Notes under the pieces: model-generated
Told to the model about the DNA's origin: nothing
Database searches by the model: none
What the model saw: the letters and a program-made list of their open reading frames with translations, nothing else
Assembly (NCBI GenBank): GCA_012960105.1
Contig: DUBV01000014.1
Location: forward strand, 2,711 to 66,710
Direction: 5' to 3'
Length of the DNA: 64,000 bases
Source: Thiotrichaceae bacterium
GTDB taxonomy: Bacteria; Pseudomonadota; Gammaproteobacteria; Eutrophobiales; Eutrophobiaceae
Part shown: piece after piece, positions 1 to 9,130 of the stretch
How positions within the stretch are numbered: the first letter of the stretch is position 1
Layout: each line of letters starts with the position of its first letter
Program-made: the position numbers and the translations under genes

Positions 1-90
1 ATTTTCACCACCGAATTTTTTCACACCAAGACGTTTTGACTGTGAATCACGTCCGTTTCTAGTACTACCACCTGCTTTCTTATGAGCCAT
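1..90 (-). CDS. rpmA: 50S ribosomal protein L27, 5' part (gene runs off the left edge)
   Basis: Reverse-strand translation from the ATG at 88..90 reads [30 protein letters not shown], the conserved L27 N-terminus. It lies directly downstream of rplU. Confidence 0.9.
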   Translation of the reverse strand, partial: MAHKKAGGSTRNGRDSQSKRLGVKKFGGEN

Positions 91-108
91 TGCTTATTAC
101 TCCAATTC

Positions 109-423
109 TTATTTCGCTGAGATATCGGTTATAGAGAGTTCGGTATAGGCCTGACGATGCCCCATCTGCTTACGATGGTGCTTACGACGACGAAATTTAA
201 CAATCTTAATCTTAGGGCCGCGACCATGACTTTCGACTGTAGCGGTTACTTTTGCGCCTTTAACTAAAGGCGTACCAACAGTGACATTATCACCATCAAC
301 AAGCATCAATACGTCAGAAATCTTCACTTTCTTACCCGCTTCTGTATCGAGCTTCTCAACTTTGAGCTTATCGCCCTTTTCTACCTTATACTGCTTGCCA
401 CCAGTCTTAATTACCGCGTACAT
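109..423 (-). CDS. rplU: 50S ribosomal protein L21
   Basis: ORF track 109..624. The conserved L21 sequence starts at the internal Met ([18 protein letters not shown]...), ATG at 421..423. The 67 upstream codons look like non-coding read-through. Confidence 0.9.
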   Translation of the reverse strand: MYAVIKTGGKQYKVEKGDKLKVEKLDTEAGKKVKISDVLMLVDGDNVTVGTPLVKGAKVTATVESHGRGPKIKIVKFRRRKHHRKQMGHRQAYTELSITDISAK

Positions 424-644
424 CTTGATTCTCCATAGCTTGCACGATTGTGCACTTTCAACAAAGGGGGCGATTCTAAGAAATTCGGCAGGTGGTGACA
501 AGGTAAGAATGATATATTTGGAAAATAAGCTTGAATTAACCGTGTTCGGGCAGTATTTTGCTCCCGAATTTGAATAATACAGCAATTTAAAGACGGACAA
601 ACAACGTGAATCATAACGAAGCAACCGCTGAAAAAACAGAAATC

Positions 645-1613
645 ATGAATATTGACCGTATTCGCGAGCTAATTGCGACAGATATGGACAATGTAGACGA
701 GTTAATTGAAAAAAGTCTGTATTCAGAAATAAACCTCATCGACCAGCTCGGACACCACATTATTAACAGTGGCGGGAAACGCCTACGACCGGCCATAGTC
801 TTATTAAGCGCCAGAGCTTTCTCATATGAAGGCGAACAACACATCAATTTGGCCGCCATTATCGAATTTATCCATACGGCAACGTTATTACATGATGATG
901 TTGTCGATGCCTCATTATTAAGACGAGGTCGCGAAACAGCGAATCAACGTTGGGGTAATGAGGCCAGCGTTTTAGTCGGTGACTTTCTTTATTCTCGGGC
1001 ATTTCAAATGATGGTGAATGCCGAATCGATGCGCATCATGCATATCCTTTCAGAAGCTACTAATACCATTGCCGAAGGTGAAGTACAGCAATTGATCAAT
1101 CGTCAGGATCCTGATACCACTCAAGAAAATTATTTAAAAGTCATTCGTCATAAAACAGCAAAGCTATTTGAAGCCGCAGCGCAATTAGGTGCTGTTATTT
1201 CAGACCGTTCTGAAAAAGAGATAGCGGCAATGGCAGCATATGGACGCCATCTCGGCACCGCATTTCAATTAATTGATGATGTCCTTGATTACAGTTCATC
1301 AACAGAAGAATTGGGAAAAAATATTGGTGATGATCTGGCTGAAGGCAAACCAACATTACCGTTACTCTATGCCATGTGGAATGGGAATGAAGAACAAACA
1401 AAATTAATTCGTGATGCCATAGAACATGGTGGACTGGAACACCTTGAGCAAATCAAAGAGGCTGTTAATTCTACTGGTGCCATTGCCTATACAGCGAAAA
1501 TAGCTAACGAAGAAGCCGAGCTGGCAATAAATGAATTAAAAGGACTACCTACATCTGAATATCTGGATGCGTTATACGCATTAGCAAGGTTTTCTGTCGA
1601 AAGACAATTCTAG
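645..1613 (+). CDS. ispB: all-trans polyprenyl (octaprenyl-type) diphosphate synthase
   Basis: Two DDxxD motifs (LLHDDVVD, QLIDDVLD). Divergent from rplU-rpmA as in E. coli. The ATG at 645 (MNIDRIRELI...) gives 322 aa. The ORF track begins at GTG 606, which is an alternative start. Confidence 0.85.
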   Translation: MNIDRIRELIATDMDNVDELIEKSLYSEINLIDQLGHHIINSGGKRLRPAIVLLSARAFSYEGEQHINLAAIIEFIHTATLLHDDVVDASLLRRGRETANQRWGNEASVLVGDFLYSRAFQMMVNAESMRIMHILSEATNTIAEGEVQQLINRQDPDTTQENYLKVIRHKTAKLFEAAAQLGAVISDRSEKEIAAMAAYGRHLGTAFQLIDDVLDYSSSTEELGKNIGDDLAEGKPTLPLLYAMWNGNEEQTKLIRDAIEHGGLEHLEQIKEAVNSTGAIAYTAKIANEEAELAINELKGLPTSEYLDALYALARFSVERQF

Positions 1614-1779
1614 AAATTGTTTAAAGGCCGCTCTAAAAAAGTGTGGTTTTTTCGTGGCCGGTTTTTGCTCCTGCACCAACAGTTGGCGCTTTAGGCGATG
1701 CTGCGAGCAATTATCGAGAACCGCAATACCTAGGGAACGGCACATTGAATCGCGGAAAAAGTGCATTTTTTAGAGTAGC

Positions 1780-2463
1780 CTAAGTGTGGTATCCCCTCGC
1801 TTTTTCAAAGAGATCCGTAATCCAGTAAACCTGCGCGCCTATGGCTGCAAACGGTAACAATATCCATGTCACATTAAATAGCGCGAGTATAAATACAATA
1901 ATACAAAAATCGGCACGGCTTAATTTATGAAAAATATAAATTATCCAATCCATTGTATCTTCGGGTTTCTTCGATTCTGAGGCTACTTCCTCTCTGCTTT
2001 TTGCGTCTTCATCTTGTTCATTCTTGGCGTGATAGAATAAATCAACGATGTAATCAATAAACGCACCTGCCGCTGCGGCGCAACCTAACCAGAACCAGAA
2101 GGGTTGATTCATCATCAAACTTGTACCATAGCCTAATGCCGCAAAGAAACTGGCATCGACCATCCAATCCGCCATGTCATCAAACTTTGCACCAAATTCA
2201 GACGACATATTTTTAGTACGTGCCACTTCACCATCGCAATTATCAAAGGTGTAGCTTGCGGTCATTAATATTGCACCAATAATTCCTGCATAATAATTGC
2301 CCGATATAAAACAGGCCGCACACAACAGACCAAACAATAGTGATATTGCTGTAATTTGATTTGGCGTTATTGATGTTCTTAATAAAACCGGGGTTAATCG
2401 ATAGGATAAATGTCGAACTAAGGGAAATAGTTGTGTTGGCGCAGTATTGGTTTCAGAGCTCAT
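1780..2463 (-). CDS. CDP-alcohol phosphatidyltransferase family membrane protein (substrate unknown)
   Basis: Family signature D-x2-D-G-x2-A-R-x8-G-x3-D-x3-D is readable as DNCDGEVARTKNMSSEFGAKFDDMAD. Multiple hydrophobic segments. An acidic stretch lies in the C-terminal third, followed by a terminal hydrophobic segment. Confidence 0.7.
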   Translation of the reverse strand: MSSETNTAPTQLFPLVRHLSYRLTPVLLRTSITPNQITAISLLFGLLCAACFISGNYYAGIIGAILMTASYTFDNCDGEVARTKNMSSEFGAKFDDMADWMVDASFFAALGYGTSLMMNQPFWFWLGCAAAAGAFIDYIVDLFYHAKNEQDEDAKSREEVASESKKPEDTMDWIIYIFHKLSRADFCIIVFILALFNVTWILLPFAAIGAQVYWITDLFEKARGYHT

Positions 2464-2519
2464 ATAAATTTGTTTTTTGATTAAATAATTTGCCTAGTAT
2501 GTTACAAATTCGCTTGGTA

Positions 2520-2539
2520 TTCTAATGTACATATTAGAA
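2520..2539. promoter_or_regulatory. 20-bp inverted repeat (TTCTAAT-GTACAT-ATTAGAA) in the divergent promoter region between the CDP-alcohol transferase gene and hpnL
   Basis: Perfect 7-bp arms read directly from the sequence. The position is operator-like, but a repeat this short can occur by chance in AT-rich DNA. Confidence 0.25.
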
Positions 2540-2588
2540 ATAAAACCCAATTTAAATCCACACACTTCTCGTCTGAAAATTTAATAAC

Positions 2589-3587
2589 ATGATTCGTATC
2601 GTTTCCTACATTGGCTTGCTAGCCGGTCTGTTAATACTAGCCCTACTTATCGTCTGGCAAGGGATAGACGAAATATTGGCCTTATTGAGTGTATCCGGTT
2701 TTTCATTACTATTATTACCCTTGGTCTGGATGCCTTGTCTTTTTGCTGCAGTTTATTCCTGGCATTTACTATTTCCGGTTAAACGTATTCCTCCTTTTAA
2801 GGAATTATTTCTGGCATTGTGGATGGGTCGAGCCATTAATACACTTCTGCCAGTCGCATCGATTGGAGGAGAAATTGCCAAAGCACGACTATTAATACTG
2901 TGGGGCAGAGGCGGCGTTGATGCCAGTGCCTCAGTTCTGGTTGATAAAACAGTACAGGCGCTTGCTCTAGTCCCATGGGCCATTATTGGCACGGCTTTAT
3001 TGGTCTATCTAGCGATAGATAATGAATTAGCCAAACTGATTATGCTCGGCACCTTTTTGCTTGGGCTAGGCATAGTAGGTTTTGTCATTATTCAACGCGC
3101 AGGCTTATTTGGTTTTATTACTCGTTTTATTGGCAAATTTCACACTTCAGACGGTTGGGGAACCATTACCAACAATGCCCATGATGTAGATTTGGTAGTA
3201 AAAGAGATCTACAGCAATAAAAAACGATTTCTGGCTTCTATTTTGTGGAGAACCATAGGGCTAGTCTGGCAAACATCTGAAGTTTGGCTAGCCTGCTACT
3301 TATTAGGCCATCCTATCGGGATAATAGAAGCTTTAATGCTGAAAAGCCTGACCTCAATCATTACCGATATCGCCTTTGTCATTCCTAATGGATATGGAGT
3401 ACAGGAAGGCGGTTATTTGATGCTGGGAGCGCTGATTGGTCTTAGTCCGGAATTGTCATTAGCGATATCATTAGCGACCCGAATTCGCGAATTGATTGTT
3501 GATCTTCCCGGATTGCTGTATTGGCACAAAATTGAAGCCAAATTTCTGCTCAATAAATCGGCTAAAACACCCCCATCTAAGGCTTGA
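2589..3587 (+). CDS. hpnL: polytopic membrane protein, UPF0104 / lysyl-PG-synthase-TM-like; HpnL-like by context
   Basis: 332 aa and very hydrophobic (about 8 TM segments). It sits immediately upstream of hpnI-hpnJ-hpnK homologues, the context in which HpnL was defined. The family assignment is from memory and not verified. Confidence 0.5.
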   Translation: MIRIVSYIGLLAGLLILALLIVWQGIDEILALLSVSGFSLLLLPLVWMPCLFAAVYSWHLLFPVKRIPPFKELFLALWMGRAINTLLPVASIGGEIAKARLLILWGRGGVDASASVLVDKTVQALALVPWAIIGTALLVYLAIDNELAKLIMLGTFLLGLGIVGFVIIQRAGLFGFITRFIGKFHTSDGWGTITNNAHDVDLVVKEIYSNKKRFLASILWRTIGLVWQTSEVWLACYLLGHPIGIIEALMLKSLTSIITDIAFVIPNGYGVQEGGYLMLGALIGLSPELSLAISLATRIRELIVDLPGLLYWHKIEAKFLLNKSAKTPPSKA

Positions 3588-3793
3588 TATCTGCAATTTT
3601 GCCCATACGTAAATATTTGCTTTAAGACAATAAAATCAATATGCTTCGCGGTAGAGCAGAGAGTTGATTTATCTTATTTTGCCACTTTTGAAATAATTAT
3701 GATTTTTAGTTGCAAGTCATTGTTAATTAATAAGTTTAATACTTACGGAGCTCTATTAAACATTTAGAATTTGAGCACAGATAGGGTAAACCT

Positions 3794-5023
3794 ATGCAAA
3801 CAGAGATTTTCAACATTATTAATATTTTTATCATTTTGATATGCCTCTGCTCGGTTGGCTATCTACTCTTCGCTTTATTCGCTCTTGAGCTTTTCAATTG
3901 GAAGCGCAAAAAAGACTCTACAACAGATGATTTTAATCCTGCAGTAACGGTCTTAAAACCAGTTTATGGTCTCGATCCGGAGATGGCAGAAAACTTGAGT
4001 AGTTTTTGCCAACAAAATTATTCCGAATACCAAATCATATTTGGAATACAGGATAAAAATGATCCTGCGATTCCTATTATCGAAAAAATAATAAGCGAAT
4101 TTAAAAACATTGATGTAAGTTATATCGTCGATTCGAAATTGCATGGTGCAAATCATAAAGTCTCGAATTTAATTAATATGTACCCATCTGCTAAGCATGA
4201 TTATTTACTCATTGCAGATAGCGATATGCGCGTTTCGAATGATTACCTTGCAAATGTAATGTCTGCTTTTTCTGATTCTGAAGTCGGGGCTGTCACCTGT
4301 CTTTATTCTGGTTCCGCACGAGGTAAGATTGCTTCATCACTGAATGCGATGTTTATTAATCAGTGGTTTTTACCTTCTGTTTTAATTTCAAAAATTTTAC
4401 AACCGATTAAATACTGCCTTGGTGCAACGATGATCGTTCGACGTGAACTACTTGATGAGATTGGCGGCTTTCATACATTATCAAACCATCTTGCTGATGA
4501 TTACATGCTCGGAAAATTAGTCTCAGACCTTGGTTATAAAATCCATCTTTCAGATTTCATTGTTGAAAATATTGTAGAAGAAGCATCAATAAAAGATTTG
4601 ATTACACATGAATTACGTTGGGCACGAACACTACGACGCGTAGAGCCATTGGGTTATGCGTTTACCTTCTTGACCGATAGTCTGGTCATTAGTGGTGTCA
4701 CGGCTATTAGTATTTTTATGACCACAAGCAACATACTACTAGCTTTACTACCAATAGCTTTAATCTCTATTGCGCGAACAGTGTTACACTTGCGTACCAA
4801 GAAAATTACTGGTTCTAAATACGCAGGTTCCCTCTGGTTTGTTCCATTACGAGATATATTGTCCTTTTATATTAGAGTACGCAGTTATACCGGCAATGAA
4901 ATTCAGTGGCGTAATAACTCATTCAAGGTTGACCGAGCAGGTTTAATTCATACAGAACAACATAAACTAAATAAGGATGGTGAAGAAGACATCTCTGATT
5001 TGGCAACATCACAAGATTATTAA
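3794..5023 (+). CDS. hpnI: family-2 glycosyltransferase, ceramide-glucosyltransferase-like (hopanoid GlcNAc transferase HpnI type)
   Basis: N-terminal TM segment, VTVLKPVYGLDP, DxD (ADSDMRV) and the (Q/R)xxRW-like HELRWARTLRR motif. Followed by hpnJ and hpnK homologues. Confidence 0.75.
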   Translation: MQTEIFNIINIFIILICLCSVGYLLFALFALELFNWKRKKDSTTDDFNPAVTVLKPVYGLDPEMAENLSSFCQQNYSEYQIIFGIQDKNDPAIPIIEKIISEFKNIDVSYIVDSKLHGANHKVSNLINMYPSAKHDYLLIADSDMRVSNDYLANVMSAFSDSEVGAVTCLYSGSARGKIASSLNAMFINQWFLPSVLISKILQPIKYCLGATMIVRRELLDEIGGFHTLSNHLADDYMLGKLVSDLGYKIHLSDFIVENIVEEASIKDLITHELRWARTLRRVEPLGYAFTFLTDSLVISGVTAISIFMTTSNILLALLPIALISIARTVLHLRTKKITGSKYAGSLWFVPLRDILSFYIRVRSYTGNEIQWRNNSFKVDRAGLIHTEQHKLNKDGEEDISDLATSQDY

Positions 5024-5041
5024 TTCGGAGTATTTTTAGGA

Positions 5042-6463
5042 ATGTTAAAAACATTATTTCTTAACCCACCTTCATTCAATGGTTTTGATGGCGCAGCTGG
5101 TTCTCGTTATCAATGTACTCGTGAAGTAAAATCTTTCTGGTACCCAACCTGGTTAGCTCAATTAGCCGCATTAGTTGAAGGCAGTCGTTTAATTGATGCA
5201 CCTGCAGGCGATATATCATTGGAAGAGATATTACCTATAGCGACTGACTATGAATTTTTAGTGATGTACACCAGTACCCCTTCATTTCCTAACGATGTGA
5301 AAATTGCAGAAGCATTTAAAGAGAAAAACCCGAACCTTATTATTGGTTTTTGTGGTGCACATGTTGCTGTTAATCCAGATCAAACCGTCATCGCTTCTGA
5401 TGCGATTGATTTTGTTACTGGCAATGAATTTGATTTCACCATTAAAGAAATCGCTGAAGGAAAAGCTGTAGCTGAAACTGATGGCGTCATTTACAAGAAA
5501 GATGGCAAACCGGTACACAATAAAAATCGTGCTTTAATCGAAGATATGGACACGCTGCCTTGGGTAACCAAAATTTACAAACAGGATTTGGATACTAAAA
5601 ATTATTACAACGGCTATATGCTGCATCCTTATATGTCTTTTTATACTGGACGCGGTTGCAAATCACATTGTTCATTTTGCTTATGGCCACAAACCATTTC
5701 AGGACACAACTACCGTACCCGTTCGGTAGAGAATGTTATTGGCGAGCTTACTTACGCGCGTGACACATTCCCTGAAATAAAAGAATTTTTCTTTGATGAT
5801 GATACCTTGACCGACAATATTGAAAACGTAGAAGCGTTAGCAAAAGAAATTGGTAAGTTGGACATCACCTGGTCTTGTAATGCGAAAGCCAATGTTCCTT
5901 ATGACACATTGAAAATCATGAAAGATAATGGCTTAAGATTATTGCTCGTCGGTTATGAATCAGGAAACCAACAAATTTTAAATAATATCAAAAAAGGTAT
6001 TCGTACTGATATTGCTCGTCAATTTACAAAAGATTGTCATGAACTAGGTATTTTAATTCACGGTACATTCATTGTTGGTCTACCGGGTGAAACACAAGAG
6101 ACTATTGAAGAATCAATTAAATATGCACAAGAATTGAATCCTCAAACAATTCAGGTTTCATTACCTGCAGCGTATCCAGGAACCTTGTTATATAAACAAG
6201 CAACGGAGAATGGTTGGTTAATTACCGATGAAGATTTAGTCGGTGATGATGGTGTACAGCACTCGGTATTAAACTACCCGCATTTGCCTAGCAAAGAAAT
6301 TTTTGAAGCTGTTGATAATTTTTATAAACGCTTTTATTTTCGTCCATGGAAGATGGCCACATTATTTTTCGAAATGTGTCGTGATTGGGAAATAATGAAA
6401 CGTCGATTACGAGAAGGCGTTGAGTTCTTCAAATTCCTGTTTGGACGGGAGAGCACGGCCTGA
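5042..6463 (+). CDS. hpnJ: B12-binding-domain radical SAM enzyme (HpnJ type)
   Basis: CxxxCxxC cluster motif (GRGCKSHCSFCLWPQ) preceded by a cobalamin-binding-like N-domain. 473 aa. Located between hpnI-like and YdjC-like genes. Confidence 0.75.
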   Translation: MLKTLFLNPPSFNGFDGAAGSRYQCTREVKSFWYPTWLAQLAALVEGSRLIDAPAGDISLEEILPIATDYEFLVMYTSTPSFPNDVKIAEAFKEKNPNLIIGFCGAHVAVNPDQTVIASDAIDFVTGNEFDFTIKEIAEGKAVAETDGVIYKKDGKPVHNKNRALIEDMDTLPWVTKIYKQDLDTKNYYNGYMLHPYMSFYTGRGCKSHCSFCLWPQTISGHNYRTRSVENVIGELTYARDTFPEIKEFFFDDDTLTDNIENVEALAKEIGKLDITWSCNAKANVPYDTLKIMKDNGLRLLLVGYESGNQQILNNIKKGIRTDIARQFTKDCHELGILIHGTFIVGLPGETQETIEESIKYAQELNPQTIQVSLPAAYPGTLLYKQATENGWLITDEDLVGDDGVQHSVLNYPHLPSKEIFEAVDNFYKRFYFRPWKMATLFFEMCRDWEIMKRRLREGVEFFKFLFGRESTA

Positions 6464-6468
6464 AAAAA

Positions 6469-7308
6469 TTGATTGTTACCGCAGATGATTTTGGTCTTTC
6501 CTCTCCGGTTAATGAAGCAGTAGCAAAGGCCTATGAAAAAGGTGTGCTTACTACTACAAGCTTGATGGTATCTGCGCCTGCTGCTGCTGAAGCTATAACG
6601 CTCGCACAAAACCTGCCTGATTTAAAGGTAGGCCTGCATCTAGTGCTAAGCAATGGCAAAGCAATACTACCTGCATCGGATATTCCTGCCTTGGTGAATA
6701 GTGATGGTGATTTTTCATCATCTCAAGTCTGCAGTGGTATCAAAATGTTTTTCTGCCCAAAAACGAAAGCGCAGCTAGCTAAAGAAATTCGTGCTCAATT
6801 TGAAGCATTTAAAGCAAGTAGTTTAACTCTGGATCATGTCAATGCTCATAACCATATGCATTTACATCCAACCATCTTCGATCTGATTATTAAAATTGGT
6901 AAAGATTACGGGCTAACCGCAGTTAGAATTCCAAATGAACCACCATTGGATTCAATCATAGAAAATAGAAAAGAAAAATTATCTCGCAAACTAGCCTGGT
7001 TATTTTTCAATCCCTTTGTTTCGCGAATGAAAAAATCCTGTGTAGCAAACGATATTAAATTCAATGACCGTATATATGGTTTAAACAATAGCGGACATAT
7101 GAATATCGATACACTGATACGTATCATTCCACATATTGCTGAGGGTACTACAGAAATTTATATGCACCCTGCTACTGGTCGGTGGGATGATATCGATCCT
7201 GCTGCTAAAGATTATGAATTTGAAGCAGAATACAAAGCATTAATACATCCCAAAATTAAACGAGCTATCGATAAATTTGATATCGAACTCACTGGTTTTA
7301 ATTCATAA
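6469..7308 (+). CDS. hpnK: YdjC-family carbohydrate deacetylase (HpnK type)
   Basis: N-terminal IVTADDFGLSSPVNEAV is the YdjC signature. The start is TTG at 6469, only 5 nt after the hpnJ stop; the in-frame upstream codons read LKK. Confidence 0.8.
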   Translation: MIVTADDFGLSSPVNEAVAKAYEKGVLTTTSLMVSAPAAAEAITLAQNLPDLKVGLHLVLSNGKAILPASDIPALVNSDGDFSSSQVCSGIKMFFCPKTKAQLAKEIRAQFEAFKASSLTLDHVNAHNHMHLHPTIFDLIIKIGKDYGLTAVRIPNEPPLDSIIENRKEKLSRKLAWLFFNPFVSRMKKSCVANDIKFNDRIYGLNNSGHMNIDTLIRIIPHIAEGTTEIYMHPATGRWDDIDPAAKDYEFEAEYKALIHPKIKRAIDKFDIELTGFNS

Positions 7309-7319
7309 AGCTGGTTTCT

Positions 7320-7913
7320 ATGGTTGGCGATTCCTGGACACATAAGATAGCGCGCGTTTGTATACTGCCATTAGTTAACACACCCGTTACACCAAATCAT
7401 CTAACGATACTTCGCTTAATAACAGGCATCGCTGCTTGCACTTCTTTTGCTATAGGCACACAAGAATGGAATCTTTGGGGCGGCGTGTTCTGGTTAGTTT
7501 CTACCTTTCTTGATCGTGCCGATGGCGAATTGGCCAGAGTTTCAGGCAAGACCAGCGAATGGGGACATAAGTTTGATTACTTCTGTGATGTCACTGTTAC
7601 CGCATTGTTCTTCGTGGGTATCGGCATAGGCTTACGAGACAGTACACTAGGTTATTGGTCTATTATTATGGGATTAACTACTGCAGCGGGTGTTGTCGCT
7701 GCCGAAATACTCGCTGAAATCATCGATCAGGCACAAAAAAACACTGGAGAAAAAGCCTATGAGGGTTTTGCGGGTTTTGATTTTGACGATGTCTTGTACC
7801 TCTTCGCACCGTTAGTCTGGCTAGGCTGGCAATATCCCTTTCTTATCGGAGCATCTTTTGGCGCACCTGCGTTTGCTTTATTAACCTGGTATAAATCAAA
7901 AAAATTAAATTAA
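7320..7913 (+). CDS. second CDP-alcohol phosphatidyltransferase family membrane protein
   Basis: Signature DRADGELARVSGKTSEWGHKFDYFCD. 197 aa, hydrophobic. Starts 11 nt after hpnK, so it is probably co-transcribed. Confidence 0.7.
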   Translation: MVGDSWTHKIARVCILPLVNTPVTPNHLTILRLITGIAACTSFAIGTQEWNLWGGVFWLVSTFLDRADGELARVSGKTSEWGHKFDYFCDVTVTALFFVGIGIGLRDSTLGYWSIIMGLTTAAGVVAAEILAEIIDQAQKNTGEKAYEGFAGFDFDDVLYLFAPLVWLGWQYPFLIGASFGAPAFALLTWYKSKKLN

Positions 7914-7953
7914 ACTTGAGAATATTCTGTATATTTTAAAAGGTTAATTAATC

Positions 7954-8370
7954 CTATAAATTTAATTTAATTTTTTCACAAAGATCCATCATTTTTTTCA
8001 CATCTTTACTATCCAGTCCGGTTGCACATAACGCAGCTTCACTGGCCTTTATCGCTTTCTTTGCCAATACTTTTCCCGAACTAGTTAAAACCAATAGTTT
8101 TTGACGCTCATCAGACTTTATATATTGTCTTTCAATATAACCGTTTGCTTCAAGACGCTTTAGCAAAGGACTTAAGGTGGCATTAGTTATGCCCGTAATC
8201 TCAGCCACCGTGCTAATCTTCACAGCTTCTTCACCCCATAAAGCCATCATCACCACATACTGTGGGTAAGTTAAATTTAAGGGCTTCAGCAAAGGCTTAT
8301 ATGCTTGTGTTATTGCTCGTGATGTTGAATACAGAGCATAACAAAGCTGTTCATTTAATTTGGGTCCCAT
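7954..8370 (-). CDS. MarR-family regulator, 2-Cys OhrR-like (organic hydroperoxide sensor type)
   Basis: N-terminal NEQLCYALYS matches the OhrR sensing-Cys motif (Cys10). A second Cys at 115 has the same 105-residue spacing I recall for Xanthomonas OhrR C22/C127. A winged-helix core is present. Confidence 0.7.
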   Translation of the reverse strand: MGPKLNEQLCYALYSTSRAITQAYKPLLKPLNLTYPQYVVMMALWGEEAVKISTVAEITGITNATLSPLLKRLEANGYIERQYIKSDERQKLLVLTSSGKVLAKKAIKASEAALCATGLDSKDVKKMMDLCEKIKLNL

Positions 8371-8400
8371 TCGCTCTCCTGTTCAAACCAGTCATATTAA

Positions 8401-8471
8401 TTCGTGCACTAAATACTTGCGGTCTATTTTTATCTTTACTACACTAGGACATATATTTATTAGTGCACGTA
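8401..8471. promoter_or_regulatory. pair of inverted GTGCAC-centred boxes (TTCGTGCACTAA at 8401..8412, TTAGTGCACGTA at 8460..8471) in the divergent MarR/P460 promoter region
   Basis: CGTGCACTAA and TTAGTGCACG are exact reverse complements. Each box is itself an imperfect palindrome. One lies 31 nt upstream of the MarR start and the other 46 nt upstream of the P460 start. Confidence 0.45.
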
Positions 8472-8516
8472 TTATTTTACCACTAAATTAATATATTACT
8501 ACACGGAGGATAAAAA

Positions 8517-9026
8517 ATGAAAAAACTTACATCTGTATTATTAGCTTTACTCATTACCCCTATTAGCTATGCTGGAGGCAACCCTGAACATGTTAGTTTC
8601 CCTAAAGATTATCAATCAAAATTTACTCAGTATGACACGCGTAACCGTGTTAATGGCAAACAGGTCGCCGTACTTTATGCCAACGAAACAGCCCTTAATT
8701 CTGCTTCAGGCTCTAAACTTGCTGATGGTTCCAAGATTGTCATGGAAGTTTATAAAACCAAACTTGGAGAAGATGGTAAGCCCATAACTGATGACAATGG
8801 GCTTTTTGTAAAAGCTAAATTTGCTGCTATTGCTGTCATGGAGAAACGCTCAAACTGGGATGCCAGTTTTAATTCAAAACAACGTGCTGGTGATTGGAGA
8901 TTTGCTATTTACAAAACGGACGGTACAGTAAAAGACAATAAATTAGACTGTGCAAGCTGCCATACTCCCATGCCTGACAGCGATTTCCTTTTTTCATATT
9001 CAAGTCTAATTGAGTTTGTTAAGTAA
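8517..9026 (+). CDS. secreted cytochrome P460-family haem protein
   Basis: Signal peptide (MKKLTSVLLALLITPISYA). A single CxxCH (CASCH) lies near the C-terminus, followed by DFLFS. VMEKR and GDWRFAIY-type segments fit my memory of the P460 / cytochrome c-prime-beta fold family. GGAGGA RBS upstream. Confidence 0.6.
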   Translation: MKKLTSVLLALLITPISYAGGNPEHVSFPKDYQSKFTQYDTRNRVNGKQVAVLYANETALNSASGSKLADGSKIVMEVYKTKLGEDGKPITDDNGLFVKAKFAAIAVMEKRSNWDASFNSKQRAGDWRFAIYKTDGTVKDNKLDCASCHTPMPDSDFLFSYSSLIEFVK

Positions 9027-9047
9027 ATATCTAATTTTGATAATTTT

Positions 9048-9087
9048 CCTGTTAAGCCGCTGAAACAAGCATCATCGGCTTAACAGG
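9048..9087. terminator. bidirectional stem-loop between convergent P460 gene and the ole operon
   Basis: Perfect 12-bp stem CCTGTTAAGCCG / CGGCTTAACAGG with a 16-nt loop. Followed by TATTTTA on the plus strand and preceded by AATTTT. Confidence 0.6.
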
Positions 9088-9130
9088 TATTTTAATCAAC
9101 GAACATATAATTTCAGTATTAAAAATACTA

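Noticed and set aside
424-624. N-terminal 67-codon extension of the rplU ORF, and the overlapping ORFs 281..577 and 411..614
   Set aside because: The conserved L21 starts at the Met at 423. The extension and the overlapping ORFs fall in the rplU/ispB divergent promoter region and show no protein-like features.
1581-1766. 61-aa minus-strand ORF and possible terminator in the ispB downstream spacer
   Set aside because: The ORF overlaps the ispB 3' end and is basic and low-complexity. Only weak A/T-run pseudo-hairpins were found, which gives no convincing terminator or gene.
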